Origin: Candidatus Eiseniibacteriota bacterium
Lineage (GTDB): Bacteria; Eisenbacteria; RBG-16-71-46
Length of the DNA stretch: 64,000 nucleotides
Reading direction: 5' to 3'
Assembly: GCA_035712145.1 (NCBI GenBank)
Contig: DASTBI010000096.1
Coordinates: 16,513 to 80,512 of the forward strand
A program made the position numbers and the translations under genes. Of the stretch, positions 36,201 to 46,248 are shown in pieces. The notes beneath the pieces are model-generated. The model was not told the DNA's origin, did no database searches, and saw only the letters and a program-made list of their open reading frames with translations. The number at the start of each line of letters is the position of its first letter. The first letter of the stretch is position 1.

Positions 36201-37550
36201 TCAACGCATCGATGTCGTCTGGCTGGGTTTCGGTCTTGACTTGGCTCCGCGCGGACGCCCGTCGTACTTCTGGAAGAGCCGCGTCTGCCGGTTCTCCATC
36301 GAGACGGCCTTGCCCGCGATATACACCTGCTGGACGCGGGTCGTGACCTCGAGCGGGTCGCCGTCGCCGAGCACCAGGTCCGCGACCTTGCCGGGCTCGA
36401 TCGAGCCGATCCTGTCGGCCACGCCGAAGATCTGCGCGGGATACAGGGTGACCGCCTTGAGCGCTTCCTCGCGAGGCAGACCGTAAGCCGCCGCGTACGC
36501 GGCTTCGTAAGGCAGGTTGCGGACCGCCGAGGCGTTGCCGCTGCCGCCGCCGTCCGAGATGCAATAGCGCACGCCGGCCTGGAAGAGCCGCGCGGCCTGC
36601 GCCATCCCCTGGTCGTAGGGCTCGTAGCTGCGCCGCGGAAGCTCCTGGGACGGCCCCAGCACCACCGCCACGCCGCGCTTCTTGAGCTCGGCCGCGACGC
36701 GCCACGCGTCGTAGCCGTCGGCGATCACCAGGTTCTTGAGCCCCTGCTCGTCCGCGAACTTCAGGGATGCCTGGATCTGGCTGAGCGTGGATGCATGGAA
36801 GACCACCGGGATCTCCCCGCGCAGCGCCTTGCCCATGGCTTCCCACTTCACGTCCTGGTCGTGCCGAGGGACGCCGCTCTTCCCCTGCGCCGAGCGCGCC
36901 TTCCAGTACGCGCGCGCGTCGTCGAACGCGTGCTGGACCGCCTTGATGGCCTGCTCGCGCTCCTTCTTCTGATCCTCTTCCGAGCGGGTCTCGAAGACCG
37001 AGCGGTTGATTCCCATCGCCGGCCAGCGCACGTGGAGCGCCACCGGCGCCTTGATCGTCATGTCCTCGCGCGTCCAACCGTCGAGATGGATGAGCGCCGA
37101 GGCGCCGCTGATGCCGCCTTTGGTCGGATCGGTGCCCGGCACGACCAGCGCGCTGGTCACGCCGTTGAAGCGCGCCACCGGCAGCAGCTCGCTATCGGGG
37201 TTGATCTCGACGTCCGCACGCACGTTGGGATTGATGGAGCCGGTCTCCGTCGCGTCCATGGTGCCGCGCACGCTGCTGATCTCGACCAGGCCGAGCGCCG
37301 TCCAGGGCGCCACGAATCCGGGCCACAGGTGCTTGCCCGCGCAGTCGACGACCGTGGCGCCGGCGGGAACCGCAGCGGCGCCGACCGACGCGATGCGGCC
37401 GTTCTCGACCACCACCGTGGCTTTCTCCATCGCTGGACCATTGGCCGTGTGGACGGTGGCGTTGACGAACGCCGTCGTCTCGGCGCGGGCGGCAGCCGCA
37501 GCGACCACGCCCACGATCATCAGGCTCTTCACGACTCTGGCGCCGCTCAT
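36201..37550 (-). CDS. Secreted amidohydrolase family protein
   Basis: It has a signal peptide and an amidohydrolase N-terminal pattern (NATVHTANG...ENGRIASVG...VVDCAGKHLWPGF). Confidence 0.75.
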   Translation of the reverse strand: MSGARVVKSLMIVGVVAAAAARAETTAFVNATVHTANGPAMEKATVVVENGRIASVGAAAVPAGATVVDCAGKHLWPGFVAPWTALGLVEISSVRGTMDATETGSINPNVRADVEINPDSELLPVARFNGVTSALVVPGTDPTKGGISGASALIHLDGWTREDMTIKAPVALHVRWPAMGINRSVFETRSEEDQKKEREQAIKAVQHAFDDARAYWKARSAQGKSGVPRHDQDVKWEAMGKALRGEIPVVFHASTLSQIQASLKFADEQGLKNLVIADGYDAWRVAAELKKRGVAVVLGPSQELPRRSYEPYDQGMAQAARLFQAGVRYCISDGGGSGNASAVRNLPYEAAYAAAYGLPREEALKAVTLYPAQIFGVADRIGSIEPGKVADLVLGDGDPLEVTTRVQQVYIAGKAVSMENRQTRLFQKYDGRPRGAKSRPKPSQTTSMR

Positions 37551-40500
37551 CGTCCCGCCTCCTGACCTTCGCGGCGCATCCGCGCTTCGGTCTCCGACAT
37601 GAACGGCTGCTCGTTCCCCTGGCAGCCGCTGCCCGAGAGATTGGCGTCATCGAGATAGCGTGGCGGCCAGCGGCGAGCGCTCCCGCCTCCCGCCTCCTTG
37701 TCCGCGCTCCTTGCCATCGCGACCAGCTGCGCGCGCTCCTGGGCCAGCGCTCCGCGGCCGGCGAGATCGGCCTGGCGGTCGAAGTACTTGCGGCCTTCGA
37801 TCCAGGTCTGCTCGCAGGCCGAGTACGGGGAGAGCGGACTGCCGCTCCAGACCGCGAAGTCGGCGTCTTTCCCGACCTCGAGCGAGCCGACCCGCTGGTC
37901 GACCTCGAGCGATTTCGCCGGGTTCAGGGTCACGAACTTGATCGCCTCCTCTTCCGGCACACCGCCGTACTTGACCGCCTTGGCCGCCTCGGTGTTGAGC
38001 CGGCGCGCCAGCTCGGAGTCATCCGAGTTGAAGCCGACATTCACCCCGCGATCCCACAGGAGATAGCCATTCCAGGGAATGCCGTCCATGACCTCGTACT
38101 TGTAGGCCCACCAGTCGGTGAATCCCATCGCTGAAGCCCCGTGGGCGGCGATCTCGTCGGCGACCTTGTAGGCCTCCTGCATGTGCGTGAGCGTGTTGAC
38201 CCGGAAGCCGAAGCTCTCGGCGAGCCGCAGGAGCATCAGCATCTCGTCCTGCCGATACGAGTGGCAGTGGATCAGCCGCTTGCCTTCGATGATCTCCTGC
38301 ACCGCCTCCAGCTGAAGATCCCGGCGCGGCGGAAGCTTCCTCTTGCCCTGCTTGTATTCCGCCATCGCCGAGCGATAGTCCTGCGCGCGCTGGAAGGCTT
38401 CGCGGATCACCTGCTCGACGCCCGCGCGGCTCTGCGGGTAGCGCCCGGTGGCTTCCGACCCCCAGTTCGACTGCTTGGGGTTCTCGCCGAGCGCGAACTT
38501 CACCGTCGGCGGCGCCTCGGCGAACACGAGCTGGTCGGGAGGGCTGCCCCACTTGTTCTTGATCACAGCGCACTGCCCGCCGATCGCGTTACACGATCCG
38601 TGGAGCAGGTGCATGATGGTCGTTCCGCCGGCGAGCTGGCGGTAGATGTTCGCGCTCTCGGAGTTGATCACGTCGCCGATGCGGACTTCGCAGGTGACGC
38701 TGTTGGTGCACTCGTTGACGTTGCCCAGGATCGCCGAATGGCTGTGCTCGTCGATGATGCCAGGCGCCACGTGCTTGCCGGTGCCGTCGATCACCACCGC
38801 GTTCGAAGGTGCGTTCAGGCCTTTGCCGACCGCCGCGATCTTGCCGCCGCGGACCAGCAGATCGGCGCCGCGCAGGATGCCTTGCGGCCCGGCGGTCCAG
38901 ATGGTGGCGTTCTTCACCAGCACCGCCGCCGGCTGGGCGGGCGCCGGCATGCGCCAGGCTTCGGTGTTGCCCATCACCACCGGGGTCGCCACCGCTTCGG
39001 CCTTCTTGTCCTTCTTGCCGGCCTTGTCTTCGGCGCTGCGCACCCCCACCACGCGGTGCCCCTTCCCGGGATGAGACGGGGATGTGAGCGCTCCCTGGAG
39101 CACCTCGGCGCGCAGTCGGAGATCGAAGTCCTCGGAGGGCTGCGAGCCGCGCTGCACGGTGAACACCAGCCGATTGCCCTGGTGGCTCACGTCGCGTCCG
39201 GTGAGCGTGTCGGACCCGGCCACGAGCTTGACCGCGGTGTCGCGATCCGTGCCCACCATCAGCGTGTACCGCTGCTTGTCCACCTGGAGCGTCCAGTTGC
39301 CCTTGATGCTGTCGCTCGAAGCCCCCATGTCGTACGCGCGTCCGTCGACCCAGACCTCGACCACCTTGCTCTTCTTCGAGAACAGGTCGCCTCGAGTCAC
39401 CGTGAGGTTGGCGATCTTGCCCGGCGCGATCGTGCCCGCGCGGTCCGCGAGCCCCAGCAGCTTGGCCGGCATCGTCGTCATCGCGGCCAGCGCGTCGGCG
39501 GGCTTCAAGCCGCGCTCGATCGCGGTCGTCACCTTGCCGCGAAACTTCTTCGGGTCGTCGAGGCCATGGGCGGTGAGCGCGAACGGCACGCCGGCCTTGA
39601 CGAGGGTCGACAAGTTCTCGGGCGCGTAGTGCCAGTGACGCAGCTCCTCCGTGCTCGCCTCCAGCGCCGTGGCGGGATCGCTCACGTCGGGCGCGTCGGG
39701 GAATGACACCGGGACGATCACCGACATGCCGGTGGCCTTGATGTCGCGCACGCGCTTGTACTCATCCCCGCCGCCCAGCGCGATGGCGGTGATGCCGGCT
39801 TCACGCGCGATCGACGAAGCCCGCAGGATCTCGAGCATGTCGCTGGCGATGAAGAGCGCGGGCTGGCGACCGGCAACGAGCGGCTGCAGCGCCGCCCAGG
39901 ACAGATTCTCGTCGGGACGCTCCTTGCCCTGCGGCGACTTGGCGTACAGGCTGCGGCTATCGCCGTACCATTTCGCGTCCATGAGCGTCTGGCGGATGAG
40001 GCTGATCGCTCCCATCAGCGAGCCCGGATAACCGTCGCGCGCGGCCTCGAGCGCCAGCACCTGGGACGCATCGGGCTTGACCACCACGTCGTTCGCGGAC
40101 CCATCGCCCAGCCCGATCACCGCGGTCTGCCCGCGCACGATTCCGGCGCGAGGCGAGAGCTGCACCATGGTGAACCCCGCGGCCCGCAGCGCAGATCGCT
40201 GGTCTTCCGCGAAGGGCAGCAGCTCCACCGCCCGCGCTTCCGCTCGCACCACCGCGAGCTCGTGCGCCGCTCCGCGCGTCTCCGCGGGCGCCGCCTGACG
40301 GCGATTGCCGCTCGCGGCGCGCGGGCTCTCGTCGGGAACCAGGACGAACGGATCGATCAGCCCCGGATAGATCGTGAGGCTGTCGGCCTGCCAGACGCGG
40401 GCATCGGCGGGAACCGCGACGTCGGCGCCGACCGCGGTGATCACGCCGTCTCGCAACACGATGGTTCCGCGCTCGATCGTCTGACCCGGAGCGGTGACGA

Positions 40501-40627
40501 TGCGCGCTCCCACGATCGCGTGGACGCGCGGCGTCGCCGCTCGGGCCGGAGCCATGCCTAGAGCCAGGACCAGGACCGCGAACGCGGTCGTCCAGGGTGC
40601 TCGAGAAAACCAGGGGGTAAGACGCAT
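37547..40627 (-). CDS. Secreted double-domain amidohydrolase (1026 aa)
   Basis: There are two amidohydrolase modules (VGARIVTAPG..RDGVITAVG and VKNATIWTAG..GGKIAAVG..IIDEHSHS). The stop overlaps the downstream gene start by 4 nt. Confidence 0.75.
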   Translation of the reverse strand: MRLTPWFSRAPWTTAFAVLVLALGMAPARAATPRVHAIVGARIVTAPGQTIERGTIVLRDGVITAVGADVAVPADARVWQADSLTIYPGLIDPFVLVPDESPRAASGNRRQAAPAETRGAAHELAVVRAEARAVELLPFAEDQRSALRAAGFTMVQLSPRAGIVRGQTAVIGLGDGSANDVVVKPDASQVLALEAARDGYPGSLMGAISLIRQTLMDAKWYGDSRSLYAKSPQGKERPDENLSWAALQPLVAGRQPALFIASDMLEILRASSIAREAGITAIALGGGDEYKRVRDIKATGMSVIVPVSFPDAPDVSDPATALEASTEELRHWHYAPENLSTLVKAGVPFALTAHGLDDPKKFRGKVTTAIERGLKPADALAAMTTMPAKLLGLADRAGTIAPGKIANLTVTRGDLFSKKSKVVEVWVDGRAYDMGASSDSIKGNWTLQVDKQRYTLMVGTDRDTAVKLVAGSDTLTGRDVSHQGNRLVFTVQRGSQPSEDFDLRLRAEVLQGALTSPSHPGKGHRVVGVRSAEDKAGKKDKKAEAVATPVVMGNTEAWRMPAPAQPAAVLVKNATIWTAGPQGILRGADLLVRGGKIAAVGKGLNAPSNAVVIDGTGKHVAPGIIDEHSHSAILGNVNECTNSVTCEVRIGDVINSESANIYRQLAGGTTIMHLLHGSCNAIGGQCAVIKNKWGSPPDQLVFAEAPPTVKFALGENPKQSNWGSEATGRYPQSRAGVEQVIREAFQRAQDYRSAMAEYKQGKRKLPPRRDLQLEAVQEIIEGKRLIHCHSYRQDEMLMLLRLAESFGFRVNTLTHMQEAYKVADEIAAHGASAMGFTDWWAYKYEVMDGIPWNGYLLWDRGVNVGFNSDDSELARRLNTEAAKAVKYGGVPEEEAIKFVTLNPAKSLEVDQRVGSLEVGKDADFAVWSGSPLSPYSACEQTWIEGRKYFDRQADLAGRGALAQERAQLVAMARSADKEAGGGSARRWPPRYLDDANLSGSGCQGNEQPFMSETEARMRREGQEAGR

Positions 40628-41022
40628 CGGTGACTCCTGTCCGGACAGCGAGTTCGAGTGAAGTGAAGAGCGGCATTATGCGCGCGGATTCCTGCCCCGC
40701 CAACGATTCGATGGACGAGCGCCCACCTCCGAAGGGCCGAATGCGGAGAGCGTTGGACCCCCGCGCGGCGCCACCGCGCCGCCCTCCCGCCGTGCCGAAT
40801 GCAATCCGTCGAGGCGGTGCGCGCCCGCCGAGGTCCGCCCGCCACGCGCGGACCCCGGAATGCAGCCTGCACGGACTCCCTAATACGCTGCCCTGGAACG
40901 GCTTGGGATTGATCGAGAGAGGGACCTGCCGTGGCATGTGGCCTGCAGAAAGAACCGTGGACCGCGAGGACGCGGCCAGCGCGCGGGTCCATTCGCGCGC
41001 CCGAACGAGAAAGGAGATACCT

Positions 41023-41472
41023 GTGAAGCACAAGTATTCGCTTTTCCTGGCGCTCGGGCTGCTGGTCCCGTTCGCGGCGGAGGCCGGCACTTCGGTCGGG
41101 GTGAGCGTGAGCATCGGCAATGCCCCGCCGCCGCCGGTGGTGGTGGTCCGCGAGGAGCCTCGCATCGTGCTGGTCCCGAATACGTCGGTCTACGTGATCA
41201 ACGACCAACGGGTCGGTTACGACAGCTTCCGGTACGGGGTCTACTGGTACGTCTACAACGACGGGTACTGGTACCGCGCTCGTCGCTGGGGCGGGCCCTA
41301 TCGGGCCATCGAGGTTCGCTACGTGCCGCGGGCCATCATGGCGGTTCCGGCTCGGCACTGGCGTCGCCACCCCCACGGCGCCCCTCCGGGGCTCGTGAAG
41401 AAGCACCGCAATCGCCACGACGACCGCCAGGTGGTGGTCGTGAAGGAGAAGCGGGGACGGCACGGCAACTAA
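41023..41472 (+). CDS. Small secreted Tyr/Trp-rich protein
   Basis: It has an AAGGAGA RBS, a GTG start, a signal peptide, and YGVYWYVYNDGYWYRARRWGGPY. Confidence 0.5.
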   Translation: MKHKYSLFLALGLLVPFAAEAGTSVGVSVSIGNAPPPPVVVVREEPRIVLVPNTSVYVINDQRVGYDSFRYGVYWYVYNDGYWYRARRWGGPYRAIEVRYVPRAIMAVPARHWRRHPHGAPPGLVKKHRNRHDDRQVVVVKEKRGRHGN

Positions 41473-41493
41473 GGCGCCTTCCTCGATGAACAC

Positions 41494-41530
41494 GGGCGAC
41501 CGGAGCGATCCGGTCGCCCTTCTCGTTTGT
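41494..41530. terminator. Rho-independent terminator (10-bp perfect stem)
   Basis: GGGCGACCGG agcgat CCGGTCGCCC ttctcgtttg lies between convergent genes. Confidence 0.55.
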
Positions 41531-41538
41531 GATCCGAT

Positions 41539-42099
41539 CTACTTCTTGGTCTCGGCGGTCTTGACCTTGCCGCCCAGATCCGCGGCGTTGACGAACAGCG
41601 CGTGGTAGCCCTTGGTCTCCACTTCCATGCCGTTCAGCGTGACCGTCTTCGCCAGCAGCGGGATGAACACCGACTTGAGCTCGACCTCACCGTCGCGGCG
41701 GGGATGGTGCTCCTCGGCCATCACGATGTAGAGCTTCTCGTCGGAATCGACGATGCCGATCGGCTGATTGTTCTGCAGGCACTTGGTGCCGCACGCGACG
41801 TGCGCTTCCCCGCGCTTGCCGAGCTGCAAGTAGCACGAGACGTCCACCACTTCGCCGGTGACGCGCTTGGGCTTTCCGCTCTCCAGCACTTTCTTGTTGG
41901 CCTCGGCGGTCGCGGCTTCGTACGTCGTGGCCGTCCACTTCACGCTGTCGCTATGGCCGAGCACCGGCACCGTGGCCGGCGCGGTCGCCGCGGCGGGCTG
42001 CGCCTGAGTGGGTTTCTTCACTTGAGTGGTCTGGGCCAAGGCGATGGCCGTGGCGACAGCCAGCGTGGCCACGGCCAGAAGCCCAATTCGAATACGCAT
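41539..42099 (-). CDS. Secreted hypothetical protein (186 aa) with conserved Cys pairs
   Basis: A signal peptide MRIRIGLLAVATLAVATAIALA is present. The start is taken at the internal Met of a 495-aa shadow ORF. Cysteines occur at SCYLQLG...HVACGTKC. Confidence 0.5.
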   Translation of the reverse strand: MRIRIGLLAVATLAVATAIALAQTTQVKKPTQAQPAAATAPATVPVLGHSDSVKWTATTYEAATAEANKKVLESGKPKRVTGEVVDVSCYLQLGKRGEAHVACGTKCLQNNQPIGIVDSDEKLYIVMAEEHHPRRDGEVELKSVFIPLLAKTVTLNGMEVETKGYHALFVNAADLGGKVKTAETKK

Positions 42100-42161
42100 G
42101 ACGTTCTCCTTACGAGTGGGATGGTGCGCGTGCACCGAGGATACAGGGCACTCCGGCGCTT

Positions 42162-43400
42162 TCAAGCGCCGGAGCTGGGCGGCTGGGGAAGCGGCGGCTT
42201 GCCGCGGCTCAGACGCCAGGTCAGCAGCGGCGGAGTCATGAGAGTCGTGAGGGCGACCATCACGACGACCGCCGAGTAGATCGCCTCGTTGATGACTCGC
42301 TCCCCCGCGATGGTCAGCGTGGCGCCGATGCTCGCGAAGATGAGCCCCACTTCGCCGCGTGGAATCATCCCGAGGCCGACCGCCAGTCGATCGGATCCCT
42401 TCTCGAGCACCCCGAGGGAGCAGGCTTGCTTGCCGAGGATCGCCACGAACGTCAGCACGGCCGAGAATCCGAGGATCTCGGCGCGGGCGAAGACGCTCAG
42501 GTCCACGCGCATGCCCATGAGCACGAAGAACACCGGGACCAGGAAGTTCGAGAGCGGAGGCAGCAAGACCTCCAGTCCGCGGCGTTCCGGGTCCTGCTGA
42601 AGCAGACGTTCGTAGTGTGATCTGTCCACGACCAGCCCGGCCGCGAAGGCGCCCACGATCGGCGCCAGGCCCGCCAGCGCGGCGAGATAGGAGAACCCGA
42701 AGCAGATGATCAGCGCGACCGTGAGCAGCAGCCCCTCGCCCCTCAGCTTCGCGGCGAATCGGAAGACGCGTGGCGAGAGCCACTGTCCGATCACCAGAGC
42801 GCCGGCCAGGAAGGCGGTGGCCTTGCCGAGGATCACGAGCACGGTGGTGGGAGCGAACGCCACCCCCCGGTTCACGGCCTCGATGATGCCCGCGACGACC
42901 GCGAGCACGAGCAGTCCCAGGACGTCGTCGATCACCGCGGCGCCGAGGATGATCCGGCCTTCGCGGCTGTCGGTCTGGCGGAGGTCGGCGAGGACGCGCG
43001 CCGTGATGCCGACGCTGGTGGCGCACAGGGTGGCGCCCACGAACCAGTCGGCGAGCAGGTCCTGCTCGGGAAAGAAGGCGCGGGTGACGCCGTAGCCGAG
43101 CACCATCGGGGCGATGACGCCGAGAACCGCGACCAGGGACGCAGACATGCCCACGGCGGCCATCCTGCGGATGTTGCTCTCGAGTCCGACCGCGAACAGC
43201 AGGAAGAGCACGCCGATCTGAGCCAGGATCTCGATCGCGGGCAGATCGCGAAGACGCTCGAAGCCGTGGAAGCCGAGCAGTCCGAGATTTCCGATCACGA
43301 CGCCGGCGAGCAGCTCGCCGAGGACCGCCGACTGCCCGAAGCGGGTGAACAAAGCTCCGCCGAGCTTGGCGCTCACCAGGATCACGACCAATGCCGCCAA
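42162..43400 (-). CDS. Cation:proton antiporter (CPA2/Na+/H+ exchanger family)
   Basis: GQSAVLGELLAGVVIGN and a 12-TM pattern are present. Confidence 0.8.
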   Translation of the reverse strand: MAALVVILVSAKLGGALFTRFGQSAVLGELLAGVVIGNLGLLGFHGFERLRDLPAIEILAQIGVLFLLFAVGLESNIRRMAAVGMSASLVAVLGVIAPMVLGYGVTRAFFPEQDLLADWFVGATLCATSVGITARVLADLRQTDSREGRIILGAAVIDDVLGLLVLAVVAGIIEAVNRGVAFAPTTVLVILGKATAFLAGALVIGQWLSPRVFRFAAKLRGEGLLLTVALIICFGFSYLAALAGLAPIVGAFAAGLVVDRSHYERLLQQDPERRGLEVLLPPLSNFLVPVFFVLMGMRVDLSVFARAEILGFSAVLTFVAILGKQACSLGVLEKGSDRLAVGLGMIPRGEVGLIFASIGATLTIAGERVINEAIYSAVVVMVALTTLMTPPLLTWRLSRGKPPLPQPPSSGA

Positions 43401-43434
43401 TACCGGCAGCAGGTCGACGCCGTGATCGCTCAGA

Positions 43435-44145
43435 TCAGTCTTCCCGGTTGGGGTGGGCGCCCTTCATGCGCAGCGCAGCGTAGTCGAAGCCGGGGCTGAT
43501 GATGGCGGTGTGGCACTGGGTGCAGAGCTTCGCCGAGGGCGCGCGCTGGATGACGGTCTTCTTCATCGAGAAGGGCGCGCTCACGTGGAGGCTCCCTGGA
43601 CCGTGACAGCTCTCGCAGCCGACCGCCGCGAGGCTCGCGTTCGCCGCGCTGTCGGCGCCGGGATAGCCACCGGGGAGTCCCATGCCGGTGACGTGGCAGA
43701 CCACGCAGGCATCGGTCTTCGCGGGCGGCGCCTTGAGCTTCACCTTGAGCTTCGCCGCCATGGCGGCGACCGCGCCGGTGTCGGCGGCCGCGAGGCGGGC
43801 GAGCGCGCTCGCGTGAGCGGTGGCGGACCACGACTGGTGCTCGCGCAGGTGACACGACTGGCATCGCGCGCTGCCCACGTACTCCGCCCGCCGCGCCTCG
43901 GACTCGGCGGGGACCTTCTTCTTCGACAGGAAGGTCTTGCCGCCTTCGGTCAGCTCGGCGCCGCCCGCCGGGTGGGTGTGGCAGGTCACGCATGCGCGCT
44001 GAGTCTTGCGGGCGTGGTCGGGAAACGCCTGGAGGCGGCTCGCCAGCGCCAGCCCGAGCACGAGCACCGCGGGCGCCAGGATGAGCGCGCTCGCCCGCGT
44101 GGCGCGATGGCGCGATCGCCGTGCGGCGCGTTCCCTAGTGCCCAT
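43435..44145 (-). CDS. Pentaheme c-type cytochrome
   Basis: There are five CxxCH motifs (CVTCH, CQSCH, CVVCH, CESCH, CTQCH) and an N-terminal signal/anchor. Confidence 0.8.
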   Translation of the reverse strand: MGTRERAARRSRHRATRASALILAPAVLVLGLALASRLQAFPDHARKTQRACVTCHTHPAGGAELTEGGKTFLSKKKVPAESEARRAEYVGSARCQSCHLREHQSWSATAHASALARLAAADTGAVAAMAAKLKVKLKAPPAKTDACVVCHVTGMGLPGGYPGADSAANASLAAVGCESCHGPGSLHVSAPFSMKKTVIQRAPSAKLCTQCHTAIISPGFDYAALRMKGAHPNRED

Positions 44146-44706
44146 GCGCGACGAGGCCTCCGAAATAGCCGGCGATCGACACCATCACCGCCAGGATCAC
44201 GCCGATCACCCACGCGAATCGCCGGGTGCCGGCCTTGAGGAGAGAAAGAACCCACAGCACCTGAAGTCCGGCGATGGTGATGCCCTGCTTCTCGTGGAGC
44301 TCGACCAGCCACTCCTTCGGCTTGCCTTCGAAATGCTCCTCCGCCGCCTTCCCGGTGAAGTAGGCCGGGATGACCGAGAGCGCGGCCAGCGTCACCAGCC
44401 AGAACGCCACCGGCTCGAACTGGGGCTTCCTGCGCGCCACGATCACCATGACCGCGGCCACCAGCGTGAGCACGATGGGAAAGTGGATCACCTTGTTGTG
44501 CAGATCGTGGAGGAGGCCTTCCATGAGCGGCGGCATCCTGTAAGGACCGCGGCTCGGGCCTCCCGGAGCGCCCGGAGGGGCCTGCTGCGAGATCGTCCCC
44601 GGCGCGCCCGACATCACCGTATCGGGCTCCGTTGGGCTCTGCGCGAATGCGGTCGCCGCGGCGAGCCACAGGGACAGCGTCATGATCCCGGTCAGTTTCT
44701 TCATCC
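44135..44706 (-). CDS. Small 3-TM His-rich membrane protein (DUF2231-like), likely partner of the pentaheme cytochrome
   Basis: It has a signal peptide and three TM helices with His at LHDLHNKVIH, ELHEK and VAHGH. Its stop overlaps the cytochrome start by 11 nt. Confidence 0.6.
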
Positions 44707-45645
44707 TTCGGCCCTCAATCCCCCGCCCACGCGCTCGTGCGCGCGCTCGCTCTCGAGCGCCGGTTCGACGTGGACCACCACGTCGGTGACGCCGGGCCAG
44801 CGATCGCGCAGCCGCTTCTCCACCCGGTGGCCGCGCTCGTGGGCCGCGGCCAGCGGCGTTTCCGGGTCCAGCAGGATGTGCAGATCGAGATGGATGTCGT
44901 CCGCGGGTCCTCTCGAACGCACGTTGTGCACTTCGCGCACCCCCGGCTCCTGGATCGCCACCGATTCGACCTCCCGCGGATCGAGACGGCGCTCGTCCGA
45001 GAGCGTGGACAGCGTGTCCTTCAGAATGCGCACTCCCGCCCTCACGATCAACACCACGATCAATCCGGCCGCGACCACGTCGGCGAAATGGACCTGGAAT
45101 CGGATGGCCACGAAGCTCACGAGCACCAGCAGCGTGGCGAACACGTCGCTGCCGGTGTGGGCCGCGTCCGACGCCAACAGCTCGCTCTGCAGACGCCGCG
45201 CCTCGCGGCGCTCGTAGATCACGACCAGCGCGTTGATCACCAGCGTCAGGCCGAGCACCGCGTAGCCGATCGCGTCGATGCTGGGAAGACGAGGATGACG
45301 CAGCCGCTCGATCGCCGCGGTGACGATCTCGAAGCAGCCGAAGAACAGCATCACGGACACCGCCAGCGCGGCGAAAGTCTCGTACTTGCGGTGGCCGTAC
45401 GGATGGTTGGAGTCGGCGGGACGTCGCGCCACCGAGATGCCGATCAGTCCGATGACGTTGGACGCGGCGTCGAGCAGCGAGTGGATCCCGTCGGCGGTGA
45501 TGGCGATGGCGCCCGAGCGGTAGCCGTAGGCGAGCTTGGCGATCGCCACCACCACGTTGAGACCGAGGATGACCCACATCACCCGGGCGATCCCGGACAG
45601 TCTCTCGGCGGCTCGCGGGCTGAGCGTCATCGCGGTCATGGGCAT
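44701..45645 (-). CDS. Cation diffusion facilitator (CDF) family metal efflux transporter
   Basis: ITADGIHSLLDAASN, HPYGHRKYE, a six-TM pattern and a C-terminal cytoplasmic domain are present. Confidence 0.85.
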   Translation of the reverse strand: MPMTAMTLSPRAAERLSGIARVMWVILGLNVVVAIAKLAYGYRSGAIAITADGIHSLLDAASNVIGLIGISVARRPADSNHPYGHRKYETFAALAVSVMLFFGCFEIVTAAIERLRHPRLPSIDAIGYAVLGLTLVINALVVIYERREARRLQSELLASDAAHTGSDVFATLLVLVSFVAIRFQVHFADVVAAGLIVVLIVRAGVRILKDTLSTLSDERRLDPREVESVAIQEPGVREVHNVRSRGPADDIHLDLHILLDPETPLAAAHERGHRVEKRLRDRWPGVTDVVVHVEPALESERAHERVGGGLRAEG

Positions 45646-45764
45646 CGAGGTTGCTCCTCGGCCCGCCAGGATTGCAAGGTATCCGATGGTCGGGCCGCTG
45701 CACGCGCCGCGGTTGCGGTATGCTGCTCTCCACGCTCCTCGTAGGACGCACTGTGGAGACTGCG

Positions 45765-46244
45765 ATGAAAATATCGTGGTGGCTGATCCCGTTCGCTCTC
45801 GGCGCGCTCTCCTGCTCCTCCGCGCCTCGCCCCGTCTCCGTCTCCGGGACCCCGGTGGACATCCAGTCCCTGGCGGGAGAATGGAGCGGTGAGTACCACG
45901 CCGACGGCGGAGGCCGGCAAGGCACCGTCGTGTTCAAGCTCGCCGCCGGCGCCGATTCCGCCACGGGGGACGTGCTGATGTTCCCGCGCGCTCTGCCCTC
46001 CGCCGAGGAGACGACCGTGCGCCAGCCGCTGCCTCAGTCGCTGGCGATCCGCTTCGTGCGCGCCGACCACGGCAAGGTGAACGGCGTGCTCAGCCCGTAC
46101 ATCGATCCCGATTGCCAGTGCCGGGCGGATACCGTGTTCGAAGGCAAGCTGTCGGGCGATACCATCGAAGGCACCTACACCGTGGCTCGCAGCGGCGGCG
46201 ATCCGATCACGGGCACGTGGAAGGTCAAACGAAAGAAGACCTGA
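45765..46244 (+). CDS. Lipoprotein of unknown function
   Basis: The lipobox LSCSS is present. The ATG at 45765 was checked. Confidence 0.5.
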   Translation: MKISWWLIPFALGALSCSSAPRPVSVSGTPVDIQSLAGEWSGEYHADGGGRQGTVVFKLAAGADSATGDVLMFPRALPSAEETTVRQPLPQSLAIRFVRADHGKVNGVLSPYIDPDCQCRADTVFEGKLSGDTIEGTYTVARSGGDPITGTWKVKRKKT

Positions 46245-46248
46245 GAGC

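Noticed and set aside
40628-41022. Sigma-54 (-24/-12) promoter in the long intergenic regions (also checked 31350-31584).
   Set aside because: The GG-N10-GC spacing is not satisfied by the candidate TGGAAC/GGCACG sites.
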